This document shows positions 62,863 through 64,000 of a stretch of 64,000 nucleotides of DNA, one piece after another. Position 1 is the first letter of the stretch, and every line of letters starts with the position of its first letter. The translations under genes and the position numbers were made by a program. The DNA is from Patescibacteria group bacterium (GTDB taxonomy: Bacteria > Patescibacteriota > Patescibacteriia > UBA2591 > JAQUPP01): the NCBI GenBank assembly GCA_041649955.1, contig JBAZMD010000001.1, positions 68,079 to 132,078 on the forward strand, written 5' to 3'. The notes beneath the pieces were generated by a model. That model made no database searches. It had not been told where the DNA came from and was given only the letters and a program-made list of their open reading frames with translations.

Positions 62863-62892
62863 TAAAAAATAACCGCTTAAATAAACGGTTAT
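62863..62892 (-). terminator. Intrinsic terminator after tRNA-Gln
   Basis: ataaccg-tttatttaag-cggttat, followed by ttttt. Confidence 0.65.
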
Positions 62893-62896
62893 TTTT

Positions 62897-62970
62897 TGGC
62901 TGCGGGAGATGGATTCGAACCATCATAGCCAGCTCCAAAGGCTGGAGTCCTACCATTAGACGATCCCGCA
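62897..62970 (-). tRNA. tRNA-Gln (anticodon UUG), CCA encoded
   Basis: A 74-nt cloverleaf read by hand. Acceptor TGCGGGA/TCCCGCA (U1-A72), D arm GTCT-AATGGTA-GGAC, anticodon stem CCAGC/GCTGG with loop CTTTGGA, variable CTAT, T arm GATGG-TTCGAAT-CCATC, then G-CCA. Confidence 0.9.
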
Positions 62971-62979
62971 ATATATATT

Positions 62980-63234
62980 TTATATTATTTTATTTTTAAG
63001 TATTCTTTTACCTTTCGCGGTCTTATAAAATCTTTCCATTCTATAAGCTTCATATTTATCAGGGTAATTTTCAAAATAAATTAACTTTATCGGCAACCTA
63101 CTACGAGTAGAAAAAACTTTTTTACTTTTATGTTCTATTAATCTCTTCTGTAAATTAGAAGTACAGCCTATATATAAATTATCATCTTTTAGACTTCTTA
63201 AAACATAGATTGTATGCATTGTTTTATTTACCAT
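62980..63234 (-). CDS. Small GIY-YIG nuclease-family protein
   Basis: 84 aa with IYVLRSLKDDNLYIGCTSNLQKRLIEHKS...YENYPDKYEAYRMERFYK. The start could also be the Met at 63219. The start codon lies inside a duplicated tRNA D-loop sequence. Confidence 0.8.
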   Translation of the reverse strand: MVNKTMHTIYVLRSLKDDNLYIGCTSNLQKRLIEHKSKKVFSTRSRLPIKLIYFENYPDKYEAYRMERFYKTAKGKRILKNKII

Positions 63235-63318
63235 TAGCCTCGCCCGTAGGCAGTAGCCTACTGGCTACGGCCGTCTCACCCGTAGGTTACGACCGAGGGA
63301 GGGACGATCCCGCAATAT
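63229..63318 (-). repeat. Duplicated 5' fragment of tRNA-Gln split by a 66-nt GC-rich insert
   Basis: ATATTGCGGGATCGTC (63303-63318) equals 62959-62974, and TAATGGTA (63229-63236) equals 62951-62958. Between them lies 63237-63302, GC-rich with hairpin gtagcc-agta-ggctac and two copies of cccgtagg. Confidence 0.8.
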
Positions 63319-63325
63319 TCAAATT

Positions 63326-63353
63326 ATTATAACAAATTTTAAAAATTTGGCAA
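63326..63353 (-). promoter_or_regulatory. Promoter feeding the pseudo-tRNA 5' fragment, the GIY-YIG ORF and tRNA-Gln
   Basis: TTGCCAaatttttaaaatttgtTATAATaatttgaatATTGCGGGATCGTC. Confidence 0.6.
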
Positions 63354-63354
63354 A

Positions 63355-64000
63355 TTATTTACCTCGCCATTTCCAAAAATATTTAATCCCGCTGGCAATA
63401 TGAATCCATGTAATTTTAGATAATAAAGTCGGACTAGTGCTGCGTTCCGCAGAAAGCCGCTGATGGAAATGATACATATGAGCTTCGGGAAAATAATAAA
63501 CTTTTTTGCCGAATTTCCAAATCCGCCGCGCCAAATCAGTGTCTTCAAAATAAAGAAAAAATCTTTCATCAAAATAATTAATTTTTTCCAAAACTTCTTT
63601 TTTAATCATTAAGGCCGCGCCCAAAAGCCAATCCACTTCTTTTGTTTCATTGTGTTGCCAATCTGACATTAAATATCTGCCTAATTTCTTTTTCAAAAAA
63701 GGAAGTTTTCCTAAAAAAGTTCGGCGGAGAATCGGCATATACCAACAAGGAAATTGACAGCTGGAATACTGGATTGTTCCATTGGGATTTAATAGTTTGG
63801 GTCCGACCATCGCCGCTTCATTATTTTCTTCTAAAAATTTATAAAGTTTTTCCACTGAATCTTTTAAAACAATCACGTCCGGATTTAAAATTAAAACATA
63901 TTTTCCCTGAGCCAATTTAATCCCCTGATTATTCGCCCGGGCAAAACCATAATTCTTATTATTTAAAATAACCCTAAGTTTTAAAGACGGCATATTAAGT
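63355..64000 (-). CDS. Family 2 glycosyltransferase (5' end outside the window)
   Basis: NKNYGFARANNQGIKLAQGKYVLILNPDV...FFLYFEDTDLARR. The frame stays open upstream of the first Met to the window edge. Confidence 0.8.
   Translation of the reverse strand, partial: LNMPSLKLRVILNNKNYGFARANNQGIKLAQGKYVLILNPDVIVLKDSVEKLYKFLEENNEAAMVGPKLLNPNGTIQYSSCQFPCWYMPILRRTFLGKLPFLKKKLGRYLMSDWQHNETKEVDWLLGAALMIKKEVLEKINYFDERFFLYFEDTDLARRIWKFGKKVYYFPEAHMYHFHQRLSAERSTSPTLLSKITWIHIASGIKYFWKWRGK

Noticed and set aside
53734-62970. Classical tRNA-integrated genomic island or prophage
   Set aside because: There is no integrase, recombinase or phage gene. I saw no direct repeat of the tRNA-Gln 3' end at the far border. 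The only tRNA-derived repeat is the 5' fragment next to the GIY-YIG gene.
1-64000. Alternative genetic code (UGA recoding, as in some CPR lineages)
   Set aside because: Long housekeeping ORFs (serS, lysS, mrdA and the giant genes) are intact under code 11. Stops are TAA or TAG, and at least one is TGA (ORF 59157-60914). Trp is encoded by TGG.

Overview
AT-rich bacterial window with about 59 protein genes, 56 of them on the minus strand, plus one tRNA-Gln. I found no rRNA, CRISPR array, integrase or transposase. The gene style suggests a Patescibacteria/CPR-like genome (inference only): two surface proteins over 2300 aa, a TrbC/VirB2-type pilin-like anchor, many tiny orphan ORFs and very few metabolic genes. 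Standard code 11 fits, since TAA, TAG and at least one TGA act as stops.

Layout on the minus strand, from high to low coordinates:
- GT2 glycosyltransferase (5' partial).
- A promoter, GIY-YIG ORF and tRNA-Gln unit.
- A roughly 9-kb accessory stretch (53.7-62.9 kb) of mostly single-gene units, each with its own promoter and most with a terminator.
- An abrB-hlyD-macB-type ABC exporter operon.
- An RRM RNA-binding protein.
- A long operon: GerMN protein, three paralogous proteins of the form 'unknown domain + PEP-utilizer swivel-His', one stand-alone PPDK_N ATP-grasp protein, and three SAM methyltransferases.
- A + strand AsnC-type mini-gene bracketed by repeats.
- A 2308-aa surface protein.
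- mpg.
- A Q/N/P-rich protein.
- A methyltransferase and PLP-enzyme cluster.
- A histidine kinase, REC-only regulator and Na/Pi symporter.
- A run of tightly spaced genes from rpsU to mrdA: rpsU, a GC-rich structured spacer, yqeY, a 2392-aa pilin-anchored protein, two TSP3-repeat proteins, mreC, mreD and mrdA.
- greA, lysS, serS, alr.

The non-coding DNA is unusually organised. It contains a near-identical extended -10 promoter module repeated many times, a MITE-like family of hairpins with C-rich and G-rich arms that abut -35 boxes, and two related 150-175-nt intergenic repeat families (5 copies).

Top candidates for something new:
1. The split, multi-acceptor RPH/PpsA-like phosphotransferase set with its methyltransferases.
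2. The pilin-anchored giant adhesin.
3. The repeat, promoter and hairpin architecture.

All domain calls come from motif reading by eye. No searches were run.
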